DNA of 61,110 nt, taken from Patescibacteria group bacterium. Its GTDB lineage: Bacteria; Patescibacteriota; Patescibacteriia; Patescibacteriales; UBA12465. The DNA is taken from assembly GCA_049317985.1 (NCBI GenBank), contig JBMOHF010000006.1, positions 1-61,110 on the forward strand, given 5' to 3'. Below, piece by piece: positions 27,257 through 36,636 of the stretch (position 1 is the stretch's first letter; the number at the start of each line of letters is the position of its first letter). Under the pieces are notes generated by a model. The model saw only the letters and a list, made by a program, of their open reading frames with translations, did not search any database and had not been told where the DNA came from. Both the position numbers and the translations under genes were made by a program.

Positions 27257-28027
27257 TTATTTTAAAGTGATGCTTTCAATCACCACTGGTGAGGTTGGGC
27301 GATCGCTTGAATCAACTGACGATTTGGAAATTGCCGCAACAACTTCAGCACCTTCGGACACTTCTCCGAAAACTGCATGCTTACCATCCAAGTAAGAATT
27401 ATTATTAACATTGATAAAAAACTGAGAGCCGCCAGTTCCCGGCCCGGCATTGGCCATGGAAATTGTACCAGGGATATTTGAAAGACCAACTCCGAATTCA
27501 TCTTTAATGGTATAACCTGGGCCACCCATTCCCCAACTGTTCATTAACGAGTCGTCTTTAGTATTTTGATCGCCACCCTGAATCATAAAATTCGCAATGA
27601 CCCGATGGAACTTAACGCCGTCATAATAACCTAGTTTTGCAAGATTCATGAAATTATTTACCGTTTCTGGCGCTTTATCACCATAAAATTTAATCGTGAA
27701 ACTTCCCTGGTTAGTTTTGAAAATTGCTTGGCTATACTTAGCGATTAAATTTTCGAATTTGCTTTGATCTACTTTAATCATATTGTATTTTAATTTTCCG
27801 GTTGTCTGAGAGCTCGATTCTTCGGCCACAGAAATACCGGAAAGTTCTTTTTTAATTTCGTCTTTATTAATTTTTTCACCTCCTAATTGATCATTACTCT
27901 GACTGGCCGGCACAGTTTCCTGGTCAAGGGCCGCTGACTGATTAGCTGCTTGATCGGTGTTTGTGCCGCAAGCACTAAGCGTAAAAGTTGCAATCACTAG
28001 CAGAGAAAATAACAAATATTTTTTCAT
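27257..28027 (-). CDS. Cyclophilin-type peptidyl-prolyl isomerase, lipoprotein
   Basis: Lipobox LSAC; FHRVI..FMIQGGD, SMANAG..TGGSQFFI, LDGKHAVFG. Confidence 0.93.
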   Translation of the reverse strand: MKKYLLFSLLVIATFTLSACGTNTDQAANQSAALDQETVPASQSNDQLGGEKINKDEIKKELSGISVAEESSSQTTGKLKYNMIKVDQSKFENLIAKYSQAIFKTNQGSFTIKFYGDKAPETVNNFMNLAKLGYYDGVKFHRVIANFMIQGGDQNTKDDSLMNSWGMGGPGYTIKDEFGVGLSNIPGTISMANAGPGTGGSQFFINVNNNSYLDGKHAVFGEVSEGAEVVAAISKSSVDSSDRPTSPVVIESITLK

Positions 28028-28048
28028 ATTATTTTTTAATTGGCTTTC

Positions 28049-29536
28049 CTAAACTTGGAAGCTCTTTTTTAAATTATTATCATCTTCTTCGCGACGACTA
28101 TCTATTTTTTCTCTCGCCTGTTCGCGAAGTTCTTGGAGATTAAAATTTTGTAACTCACTTGCCTTCTTTAGTAAAAATTCTTTGGTGTTTAGTTCTGGAT
28201 CTTCAATCACCTCTGAGAGTAATACGTCGAGAATCCCCCCAACTTTTGGGCCTGGTTCCAAGCCAATTGAACTCATCAAATCGTTACCGTTAACAGCTAA
28301 CATCTTCACGGAAACTGGATCATTCTGTACTTTTTCCAACATATACTCCAGATGTCGCAATTTATAAGTCATTCCCTTCGGCGTACCCGAGCCGAGGCGA
28401 TCACCGATACGCAAATCGATCAAGTCTTTTAGATTTTCCTTCCCGACTTTGACAATCAATCTCCGAACCGAAGCAGCCGTCACTTCTCCTACATTATAGT
28501 AGAACATGTGATTTCTCACCAGATTAACCACCTTAATCGAATCATCAGTGGAAAACTTTAAACGTTTCATGATGCGTTCGACTTGTCTGGCGCCAACATA
28601 TTCATGATTATAAAAGGTTGCCGCTCCGTCGATAAATTTTCGAGTCTTTGGCTTACCGATATCATGAAACAAGGCCGCCAAACGAACGCGCCAGTCAGGG
28701 TTTGGACAATGTCTCAGAGCATTAACATTGTGAGCAAAAACTTTATAAATGTGATGATGATTCTGATCCATTGCCACCCCCTCTTCTAATTCGGGAATAA
28801 TATATTGTAAAATTTTACATTCTTGGAGTAAGTTAATGCCCTCGGCAGGTCTGGTAGATTTAATTATTTTTACTAGTTCATCACGAACCCGTTCTTTTGA
28901 AACAAATTTAATTGCGCCTGCTAATTTTAGAATTGCTCGTTTAGTCTTTTCCTCTAACTCAAAACCGAGCTGAGAAGAAAAACGAATTGCCCGAATCATG
29001 CGAAGCGCATCTTCTTTGAAACGTTCAGAAGGTTCACCAACCGCACGAATTATTTTATCTTTTAAATCACGACGACCACGAAACAAATCAACCAACTCAT
29101 ATGATTGATTATCAATCTCTATTAACTCACGATGAGGTTTCAATGCTTCGTCTTTCTTTGCGGTTCTCAGGGCGAGAGCATTAATTGTGAAATCACGACG
29201 TTCAAGATCTTTATCTATTTCTGTTTCAAAACGAACTTCATCTGGGTGGCGACGATCTGAATATCCCTGTTCACTACGATAAGTGGTGATTTCAATAACA
29301 TCAATTAAATCCCCCTTTTCTCTTAAAGGCAGCAAAACGGTCCCAAACTGATTTTCATACTTACCATCCGGGAAGATAGTCAAAACTTCCTCCGGAAGCG
29401 CATTTGTCGTTAAATCCCAATCCTGAGGCTGTCTCTCCAACAAAAAATCACGGACACAGCCGCCAACAATATAGGCCTCAAAACCTTTTTCCTCTAACTT
29501 TAGCAACAAATCTGAAATATACGCAGGAATAATCAT
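28049..29536 (-). CDS. cca: CCA tRNA nucleotidyltransferase with HD domain
   Basis: VGGCVRD, D.D, DL.RRDFTINA, EDALR..RA.RF, HDIGK. Confidence 0.9.
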   Translation of the reverse strand: MIIPAYISDLLLKLEEKGFEAYIVGGCVRDFLLERQPQDWDLTTNALPEEVLTIFPDGKYENQFGTVLLPLREKGDLIDVIEITTYRSEQGYSDRRHPDEVRFETEIDKDLERRDFTINALALRTAKKDEALKPHRELIEIDNQSYELVDLFRGRRDLKDKIIRAVGEPSERFKEDALRMIRAIRFSSQLGFELEEKTKRAILKLAGAIKFVSKERVRDELVKIIKSTRPAEGINLLQECKILQYIIPELEEGVAMDQNHHHIYKVFAHNVNALRHCPNPDWRVRLAALFHDIGKPKTRKFIDGAATFYNHEYVGARQVERIMKRLKFSTDDSIKVVNLVRNHMFYYNVGEVTAASVRRLIVKVGKENLKDLIDLRIGDRLGSGTPKGMTYKLRHLEYMLEKVQNDPVSVKMLAVNGNDLMSSIGLEPGPKVGGILDVLLSEVIEDPELNTKEFLLKKASELQNFNLQELREQAREKIDSRREEDDNNLKKSFQV

Positions 29537-29679
29537 AAATTTAATCTAAAACGCTTATAAATTATAACCGATAAATACTCTTTTGACAAACGGATTTATA
29601 AATGATCTATTTCATGATTCTCCCCGCTCTCTCGACTTATATGCTATAATGAAAGTAGAAATAATTAATTTTTAAACTT

Positions 29680-30417
29680 ATGAAAAAATCACAAGTATTT
29701 TTAGCAACTTTAATAATTCTTGCCGTTACAGCAATTGTTATTAGCGCCTTCATGTTCAATAAACAACAGAAAAACGAAGACCGCTTCTCTGTGTCTGGCT
29801 CTGGGATTGTTTATGCAAAAGCCGACATCGCCAACATTGACTTAGGATTCAAAACTGGCACCAAAAAAACTGCTGCCGAGGCAACAATTGAGAGCAGCGC
29901 CAAGATGAATGATATTATTAAAGCGATTAAGGGTTTGGGTATTGAAGAAAAAGACATCAAAACCAACAACTACAGTCTCAACCCTGTTTATAACTACACA
30001 AACATCAAAGGCCAAGAATTAGTTGGCTATGAAGTTTATCAAAATCTCAGTATCAAGGTTCGCGACTTAGCCAAAATCGGCGATATTATCGCAAAAAGTA
30101 CTGAAAAAGGAGCTAACCAAGTTGGTGGTATTAGTTTCACAATTGACGATGAATTTGCCCTGAAGAACCAGGCGCGCGAATTGGCTATCACTAAAGCTAA
30201 GGAGAAAGCGGTTTTAATCGCTAAGCAATCCGGAATGAAACTTGGAGAAGTAAAAAGCGTTTCCGAGAGTTCAAATGAAGGTGGAATTATTCCAATGTAC
30301 GCCAACGCCAAGATGGATTTTGCAACTGGTGCAGCTGCACCAATCGCGAGCCCAGAAATCGCCACTGGCCAGAATGAAATTAAAGTAGATGTTACTTTGA
30401 CTTACGAAGTTAAGTAA
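29680..30417 (+). CDS. SIMPL (DUF541) domain protein, second paralog
   Basis: SVSGSG.V, LGIEEKDIKT..YSLNP, GANQV.GI.F. Confidence 0.9.
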   Translation: MKKSQVFLATLIILAVTAIVISAFMFNKQQKNEDRFSVSGSGIVYAKADIANIDLGFKTGTKKTAAEATIESSAKMNDIIKAIKGLGIEEKDIKTNNYSLNPVYNYTNIKGQELVGYEVYQNLSIKVRDLAKIGDIIAKSTEKGANQVGGISFTIDDEFALKNQARELAITKAKEKAVLIAKQSGMKLGEVKSVSESSNEGGIIPMYANAKMDFATGAAAPIASPEIATGQNEIKVDVTLTYEVK

Positions 30418-30430
30418 TTGAAATTTAGAC

Positions 30431-30472
30431 AAAAAAAGAGACCGTTACTTGTTTAAGGTAACGGTCTTTTTT
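30431..30472. terminator. Bidirectional terminator
   Basis: AAAAAAAGAGACCGTTAC...GTAACGGTCTTTTTT. Confidence 0.85.
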
Positions 30473-30489
30473 GAATGTTTTAACTATGA

Positions 30490-31029
30490 TTATATCACAG
30501 GAGTTTCTTCTGCAATATTTTGTATTGTAGTTGCCAATAATTTCTCATGAATTTTGTCGTATTCTTTTTTGCTCTTTCGAAACAAAAAATTATAATAGTC
30601 TGACTGAGAAATATCATTCCCCAGGGTTAATTCTTGATTTAAAATTTCTACGGCCTTATCAATGGCAATGGTTGTTAATTGACTTTCAAGGGAAATGCTG
30701 CCAAACACATAAGCTCCTTCGAAACCTAATGAATCAAGAAGTTCTCCTTTTTCAATCTTATTTTTGAGATAAACAAAGAGAACCTGACCAGAAAAATTGC
30801 GAAAAATACGTTCTTGGTATTGCACATTCTTGTTGTGATCGAAGTCTAAATCTGATATTTGTCCTTTTTTTCCATCCATGTAATTAGATAGGCTGTTTAA
30901 ATAACTAATAACTTTTTTTGCAAAAGTTTTGTTTTCAGATTTTTTTGCTACCAATAAGATTGATACCCAAATTGCCCATACTAAAAATACGAGCGCCAAA
31001 AAAATAATAATAATTGTTGTTGCTTCCAT
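30490..31029 (-). CDS. Membrane-anchored hypothetical protein
   Basis: N-terminal TM; perfect promoter TTGACA(31210-31205)-N17-TATAAT(31187-31182). Confidence 0.7.
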   Translation of the reverse strand: MEATTIIIIFLALVFLVWAIWVSILLVAKKSENKTFAKKVISYLNSLSNYMDGKKGQISDLDFDHNKNVQYQERIFRNFSGQVLFVYLKNKIEKGELLDSLGFEGAYVFGSISLESQLTTIAIDKAVEILNQELTLGNDISQSDYYNFLFRKSKKEYDKIHEKLLATTIQNIAEETPVI

Positions 31030-31239
31030 TTTTCCAAAATATTTAATGTATAATTAATTGTTTTACTTGTTTTTTCACGGCTCACCAAACGATAAGCGGC
31101 AAAAAAACAAGTAAAACCATATTAACTAAATTTTGCATGGAAATTATTGTCAAAGAATCCTGCTCCAAACGTACAAGATTAATTATATCACGGTTATTGT
31201 ATTTTGTCAATATATAGCTATTATTTACCTAATTTAAAC

Positions 31240-31267
31240 AAAAAAACCACCAAATAAGGTGGTTTTT
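31240..31267 (-). terminator. Terminator ending the gap-hydrogenase operon
   Basis: AAAAAAACCACC..GGTGGTTTTT just downstream of the lipoprotein gene. Confidence 0.8.
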
Positions 31268-31285
31268 CTTAAATATTTCTCAATT

Positions 31286-31822
31286 TTAGCTTCTCCCGTG
31301 TTCAATCTTGAAAGAGTCAATAATTGGCTTAACGTAGGCAGAAGAAACAGACTGGCTATAGGAAATACCATAAATATAATTTTCACCATTATCACTGACG
31401 CCTAATTTGACTGGTTTTGGACCTGCTTCCGCCTGAATTTTATTCCACTGTACTGGAGTAAAAACGCTAATGGCAAAAACATCAGTATTTTTTTCATCAC
31501 TATAATAAAAATTTGTAACAGAATAGTCCGCCACCATACTAGCCCTCTCCGTCAACGAACCGCCAACTGGCAAGGTCATATTGAAACCCATTTTTTGATA
31601 AGCAGTAAACGAAAATGGCACAGTTGAAGTATCTGCAGCCGATGTCTGAGCCGCCTGCTTTTCTAATGCTTCCCTAATTGCTTTAATATCAGTTGAAATT
31701 CCGCCAACCTGATTCTCCAAATTACTTAAATCTGTTTTCTCTACTGGCTGAGCTTGACCAAGAGTACATCCTGAGAGAGCAACGGCGCAAACCGCTAATG
31801 ACGCGATGACAAATTTTTTCAT
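31286..31822 (-). CDS. Lipoprotein of unknown function
   Basis: Lipobox LSGC, coiled coil, C-terminal domain with GF..TLP and IIDSFKI patterns (possibly PsbP-like). Confidence 0.75.
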   Translation of the reverse strand: MKKFVIASLAVCAVALSGCTLGQAQPVEKTDLSNLENQVGGISTDIKAIREALEKQAAQTSAADTSTVPFSFTAYQKMGFNMTLPVGGSLTERASMVADYSVTNFYYSDEKNTDVFAISVFTPVQWNKIQAEAGPKPVKLGVSDNGENYIYGISYSQSVSSAYVKPIIDSFKIEHGRS

Positions 31823-31831
31823 ATTTTTTTC

Positions 31832-33529
31832 TTAAACTCTTTTCTTAAATTTAGTATGTAAAAGTTCTTTATATCTCTTGTTCGCTCTCGCCCAATCCAT
31901 ATATTCAACAACTGTTTTGTTGTCGTGAGCCGAACGCATTGGTAGATTCTCGTCTAATTGATAGAGCGCCGCCGTCCGTGATTCCCTTTCCTTCGCTGTA
32001 GTTGGTATTGGTTGCCCTCCACCCCCCAAACAACCGCCTGGACAAGACATTACTTCAATATAATCGTACTTTTTTAAATTTTTAATCACTGGTTCAATAT
32101 TTCCAATACCATTAACCACGGCGACTCGCAAGTCACGGCCAGCAATCTTCACTACCGCCTCCTTGAGGCCAGAAATGCCCCGCACTGACTTAAAAGCAAT
32201 TTTCTTGGAACGCACACCATCTAACAAAAATTTGGCCGAGCGAAGAGCTGCCTCCATCACACCGCTCGATGCGCCATAAATTGCCCCCGCCCCAGAACCA
32301 TTATTCAAACAGAGATCGTGCGCGACTGGTTTTAGTTTTGAAAAATCAATTCTCGCCTGCTTAATCATAAAAGCAAATTCCCTACTAGTGATAACATCGT
32401 CCACTGGCATTACGCCACTTTTTAAACGAAATTCTGGACGAATGACTTCAAATTTTTTGGCCGTACAAGGCATTACCGAAACCACAAAAATTCTTTTTGG
32501 ATTAATTTTTTGTTCTTTTGCCCACCAAGATTTTATTAAACCACCAGAATGCATGTGCGGTGAGCGAGCAGATGTTAGGTGCGGTAAAATTTCTGGATGA
32601 TAGTGTTCGGCATAACGCACCCAAGCCGGACAACAAGAAGTGGTCATCGGCATTACTGATTTTTTGTCTTTTAAGCGCTCAACTAGTTCTTCGGCCTCCG
32701 TCATTGTTGTGATATCAGCACCAAGATCGACATCAAAAACATAATCAAAGCCCAGCATTTTTAGAGCACTGGCAATACGCCCTGGCATTTTATCGTCAAA
32801 TGGAATGCCAAATTCTTCGCCAATCGCCGCTCGGATTGATGGGGCAAATTGAGCAATCATTATTTTCTTCTTATTCTTGAGCGCTTTTTCTAGGCTAGTT
32901 ACCGAAAATTTTTCCTGAATTGCTGACACTGGACAACGAAGCGCACATTGACCGCAGGAAATACAAGCCGAATCTTTTTTGGCAATTTTAATGATTTTGT
33001 TTATTCCCTGACCTTCGGTTTTAAAAAAATCAATCTTCTGCAAATCAGCACAAGCATCGACGCAATTATTGCAATCAATACATTGACTATGGTCAAACTC
33101 AAGAACTCCGCCGCCAAATGTTTCTATTTTACGACGAACTTTTCGATCGGGAAAAGTATTAGTAACTATTTTGTATTCGCGAGCCAAGCGAAGTAATTCA
33201 CAGTCAAATAAACGTGGGCAAGTAGCACACTTTTCCACATGTTCAGCAAAAAGTAATTTGATGTTTTCTTTGCGACTTAATAAGGTTTTTGGGCTATCAG
33301 AAAATATTTCCATTCCAGGAGAAACTAACGTTGCACAAGAAGCAACCAGCTTTGCTCTTCCTTTAACCTCAACTGAGCAAACACGACAATTTGCCTTAAC
33401 TTTTAAGTCTGGGTGATGACAAAGAGCAGGAATTTGCACACCAAATTGCTGGGCAGCCTGCAAAATGGTCTCCCCTGATTCACAAGAAACTTTTTTTCCG
33501 TTTAACTTAAAACTTATTAATTTTGACAT
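31832..33529 (-). CDS. hydA: Group A [FeFe]-hydrogenase catalytic subunit
   Basis: 2Fe-2S (C..CRVC..SC), His-ligated H...C..C.....C, two 4Fe-4S (CIDCNNCVDAC, CISCGQCALRCP), H-cluster motifs TSCCPAW, MPCTAKKFE, EVMSCPGGCLGGGGQP, C-terminal LLHT. Confidence 0.95.
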   Translation of the reverse strand: MSKLISFKLNGKKVSCESGETILQAAQQFGVQIPALCHHPDLKVKANCRVCSVEVKGRAKLVASCATLVSPGMEIFSDSPKTLLSRKENIKLLFAEHVEKCATCPRLFDCELLRLAREYKIVTNTFPDRKVRRKIETFGGGVLEFDHSQCIDCNNCVDACADLQKIDFFKTEGQGINKIIKIAKKDSACISCGQCALRCPVSAIQEKFSVTSLEKALKNKKKIMIAQFAPSIRAAIGEEFGIPFDDKMPGRIASALKMLGFDYVFDVDLGADITTMTEAEELVERLKDKKSVMPMTTSCCPAWVRYAEHYHPEILPHLTSARSPHMHSGGLIKSWWAKEQKINPKRIFVVSVMPCTAKKFEVIRPEFRLKSGVMPVDDVITSREFAFMIKQARIDFSKLKPVAHDLCLNNGSGAGAIYGASSGVMEAALRSAKFLLDGVRSKKIAFKSVRGISGLKEAVVKIAGRDLRVAVVNGIGNIEPVIKNLKKYDYIEVMSCPGGCLGGGGQPIPTTAKERESRTAALYQLDENLPMRSAHDNKTVVEYMDWARANKRYKELLHTKFKKRV

Positions 33530-33539
33530 GAAAAAATAA

Positions 33540-34313
33540 TTATTTTTTTACTTCTTTTAAATTTTTAAAAAGAAGAACTGAGTAGACATAAAGAAATGGT
33601 GAAACCACAAACATGACAACGGAATTAAAAATACTAAAAACACCAGAAAGAAGTTGATTACCCTCTGTGGCATTTACCGGCAAACCAAGCAAAAGACTGA
33701 GTAAATATAAAGCAAAGCCAACAAAAATAAAGCGACCAAAAATCGCCCACCAATACCCTTTCACGAGATCCTTACTGGCTTTGATCGCGGTCATTCCTTT
33801 TTGCCCCTCAAAGATAAAAAGTAAAATCGCAAAACTATAGAAAATAGCAAAAATTATCCCAGGAATAATTAGCAAGATTGCCCAGAGAATTACTAAAACC
33901 GCAGATAACAAGCTCAACCAAAAGAATGGCCAAAAAATTTCTTTACTTTCATTCCAAGAATCTTTCACGGAAGAAAAGTTATTTTTGATTAATAAATAAG
34001 TACCAATCTTTGATCTGGTGCTATACCAAATTGCCGCAGCAAGTGCTGCAAGGGCAAGAAGAGCGATGAGAGCAACTATCAAAATTGTGCCAACTATTGA
34101 CCCCTGTCCTCTCATACTTAAAAATACAACGAGACCTGAGACAAGAGCAACGCCAATAATAATTGCGATTAGTCCAAATAAACTATAAAGAGAAATCGAA
34201 ATTAAACTCTTAAAATTATCTCGGTACATCTTCCAGGAATTTTCAAATAAATCGAAGACTGGAATTAATTTTTTCTTAGCCACTTTGGTGACCACTATTT
34301 TTTCTGTTTCCAT
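33540..34313 (-). CDS. Multi-pass membrane protein (GDPD membrane-domain-like)
   Basis: About six TM segments; LLIIPGI, AIK.S..LVKGYWW.IFGR pattern. Confidence 0.7.
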   Translation of the reverse strand: METEKIVVTKVAKKKLIPVFDLFENSWKMYRDNFKSLISISLYSLFGLIAIIIGVALVSGLVVFLSMRGQGSIVGTILIVALIALLALAALAAAIWYSTRSKIGTYLLIKNNFSSVKDSWNESKEIFWPFFWLSLLSAVLVILWAILLIIPGIIFAIFYSFAILLFIFEGQKGMTAIKASKDLVKGYWWAIFGRFIFVGFALYLLSLLLGLPVNATEGNQLLSGVFSIFNSVVMFVVSPFLYVYSVLLFKNLKEVKK

Positions 34314-34336
34314 AAAATTTGGATTAATAATTTTTA

Positions 34337-35386
34337 CTATTTTTTTATCTTAATCTTTAAAATATTTTGGGCGTAACTATTCAAAGGAATTGTCAAACTT
34401 GAACCAAGGGCACAGAAACTTGTATTAGATAAATTGTCGATTAACTCCCGCACTTCACCTTTAAATTGCATAAACTCAGTTGGATTGGCCCTAAACAATT
34501 CTAGCAAACGATAAGTTCCTTCACGACATGGAGTGCAATGACCGCAAGTTTCAGCGACATAAAATTCTAACCATTCATTAATAATCCGACGATGACTCTC
34601 ATTCCCCGGGTAGATTCTAATTGACCCAGCTCCACCAACAGGTCGTTTGAGTTGTTTGCTATTTAATACTTCGCCGCTCATATCACCCCCGACAACCACA
34701 AAAAAATCCTTCTTTGGCAAATTACCACTTTCTTTTAAAATCTCGAGGATCGTTGCATCTTTTGAAAATGCATAAACACCTGAATTTTTCGTCTCACCGG
34801 TAATTGAATAAAATCTTTCTTTTTTAAATTTTCCAGAAACTACAAGCCCAACATCATAAAATGTTTCAAGATTATTAACAAGTGTTGGACTAGCAAATAG
34901 TCCTTTTTCAGCAGGATATGGCGGCTTTAGTCGTGGCTCAGCTAAAGAAAATTCAATAACATTGAGTAGGGCGCTTTCTTCTCCACTGATATAAGAATGT
35001 CCTTTTTTCAAAGACGTGTGCCAAATCTTTTTAATAAGTAGATTTTCTTTTTTACTCAATTCTTTTTCGATAAAAGGCATGAACTCCTTAGCGTATTCAG
35101 CACTCGTAAAAAAATAAATGCCAGAAATTTTTTTTAAATCGAGAAAATCAACAGCAGTTCGCAAACCGACAAAAAAATCAGAAAGATGATTCTCTAAAAT
35201 ATAGGCATCTTTAAAAACTCCCGGCTCTCCTTCGGAACAATTAACAACAATTGAAGCTTTTTTTCCACTTTTGGCGACGGCGTCTGAAACACTTTGCCAC
35301 TTTAAAGCCACGGGAAAATCAGCGCCACCGCGACCGCATAAATTTGCTTTCTTGATTGAATTAATAATACTTTTCTGAGTTACCAT
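34337..35386 (-). CDS. NuoF/HydB-like FMN/NADH-binding diaphorase subunit
   Basis: GRGGADFP..LKW, NCSEGEPGVFKD, YISGEESAL, PRLKPPYP, VNNLET, CGHCTPCREG...CALG; likely start ATG 35386. Confidence 0.9.
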   Translation of the reverse strand: MVTQKSIINSIKKANLCGRGGADFPVALKWQSVSDAVAKSGKKASIVVNCSEGEPGVFKDAYILENHLSDFFVGLRTAVDFLDLKKISGIYFFTSAEYAKEFMPFIEKELSKKENLLIKKIWHTSLKKGHSYISGEESALLNVIEFSLAEPRLKPPYPAEKGLFASPTLVNNLETFYDVGLVVSGKFKKERFYSITGETKNSGVYAFSKDATILEILKESGNLPKKDFFVVVGGDMSGEVLNSKQLKRPVGGAGSIRIYPGNESHRRIINEWLEFYVAETCGHCTPCREGTYRLLELFRANPTEFMQFKGEVRELIDNLSNTSFCALGSSLTIPLNSYAQNILKIKIKK

Positions 35387-35520
35387 GATGTTATTTAGCG
35401 TTCTAACGCCATCGATATTAATTATTTCTCTCTTAACATAGCAGAGATTCACCAACCGCAAGATCAACTGCAGCTTCCGCTATACTTATTACTTCCTTTT
35501 TCAATTAATCTTATGCACTT

Positions 35521-36537
35521 TTATTTGATATATTTCTTAAGTAAGTAAGACAGCTCGACCAAGCGATGGGAATATCCCCATTCATTATCATACCAAGCAA
35601 CAACTTTTAATAAATCGCCGCCAACAAGCATTGTTGACTTCAAATCGACAATTGAACTATTAGCATTACCAATGATATCGGAGGAAACTAATTCCTCGTC
35701 AGACGCCTCAATAATTCCTTTCATTTTCCCTTTTGCCGCCATGACAAATGATTTATTTACTGCCTCCACAGTGGTTTTTTTTGACAACAAGAAAACTGTA
35801 TCGCAGAGTGAACCAACGGGGGTTGGCACGCGGACCGCCAAGCCGTCAAAGCAGTCTTTGAGAGAAGGAATGGTCTCGGTGACCGCTGACGCCGCCCCAG
35901 TTGTTGTTGGCACAATATTCATCGCGGCGGCCCGGGCACGTCGCAAATCTTTATGGGGGCCGTCAACTAAATTCTGATCCGCGGTATAAGAATGAATGGT
36001 GGTCATCAAAGCCTTCTTGATTCCGAAATTACCTTTAATAACTGCTGTCACTGGAGCTAAACAATTAGTCGTACAAGAGGCGCAGGAAACAACGTCGTCG
36101 GTTTTCGTTATCTTTTCTTCGTTAACACCAATGACAATAGTTTTTACTTTTCCCTTCGCTGGAGCACTAATGATTACCTTTTGCGCGCCTGCATCAAGAT
36201 GTGCTTGAACTTCTTCAGCACTACGGAATTTACCAGTACACTCCAAAACAATGTCCACTTTTAATTTTTTCCAGGGAAGTAAACTTGGATCTTTTTGAGA
36301 GAAAACTGGATATTTTTTACCATCAACAACCAAGCAATCTTTGGTGCTCGAAATCTTTCGCTGATAACGACCATAACAAGTATCATATTCGAGTAAATGC
36401 GCGAGGGTTATGGTGTCAGTTAGATCATTCACCGCCACAATATTCAGCTTTGGGTGTTCATCTAAAATAATCTTAAAAGCGGCGCGGCCAATACGACCAA
36501 AACCATTAATTGCAATATTGATTTTACGGTTAAACAT
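35521..36537 (-). CDS. gap: Type I glyceraldehyde-3-phosphate dehydrogenase
   Basis: INGFGRIGR, ASCTTNCLAP, WYDNEWGYS. Confidence 0.98.
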   Translation of the reverse strand: MFNRKINIAINGFGRIGRAAFKIILDEHPKLNIVAVNDLTDTITLAHLLEYDTCYGRYQRKISSTKDCLVVDGKKYPVFSQKDPSLLPWKKLKVDIVLECTGKFRSAEEVQAHLDAGAQKVIISAPAKGKVKTIVIGVNEEKITKTDDVVSCASCTTNCLAPVTAVIKGNFGIKKALMTTIHSYTADQNLVDGPHKDLRRARAAAMNIVPTTTGAASAVTETIPSLKDCFDGLAVRVPTPVGSLCDTVFLLSKKTTVEAVNKSFVMAAKGKMKGIIEASDEELVSSDIIGNANSSIVDLKSTMLVGGDLLKVVAWYDNEWGYSHRLVELSYLLKKYIK

Positions 36538-36636
36538 ATAAAAATAGTTTAAATAAATTTTATTAGTTACTTAAATTATAACATAAGTGACAAAAAAAAT
36601 AAAAAAAGGCCGCTTCATTAAAGCGACCTAATATAT

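Noticed and set aside
7164-30417. Two SIMPL genes as a recent duplication
   Set aside because: The proteins are clearly divergent; multiple SIMPL paralogues are ordinary
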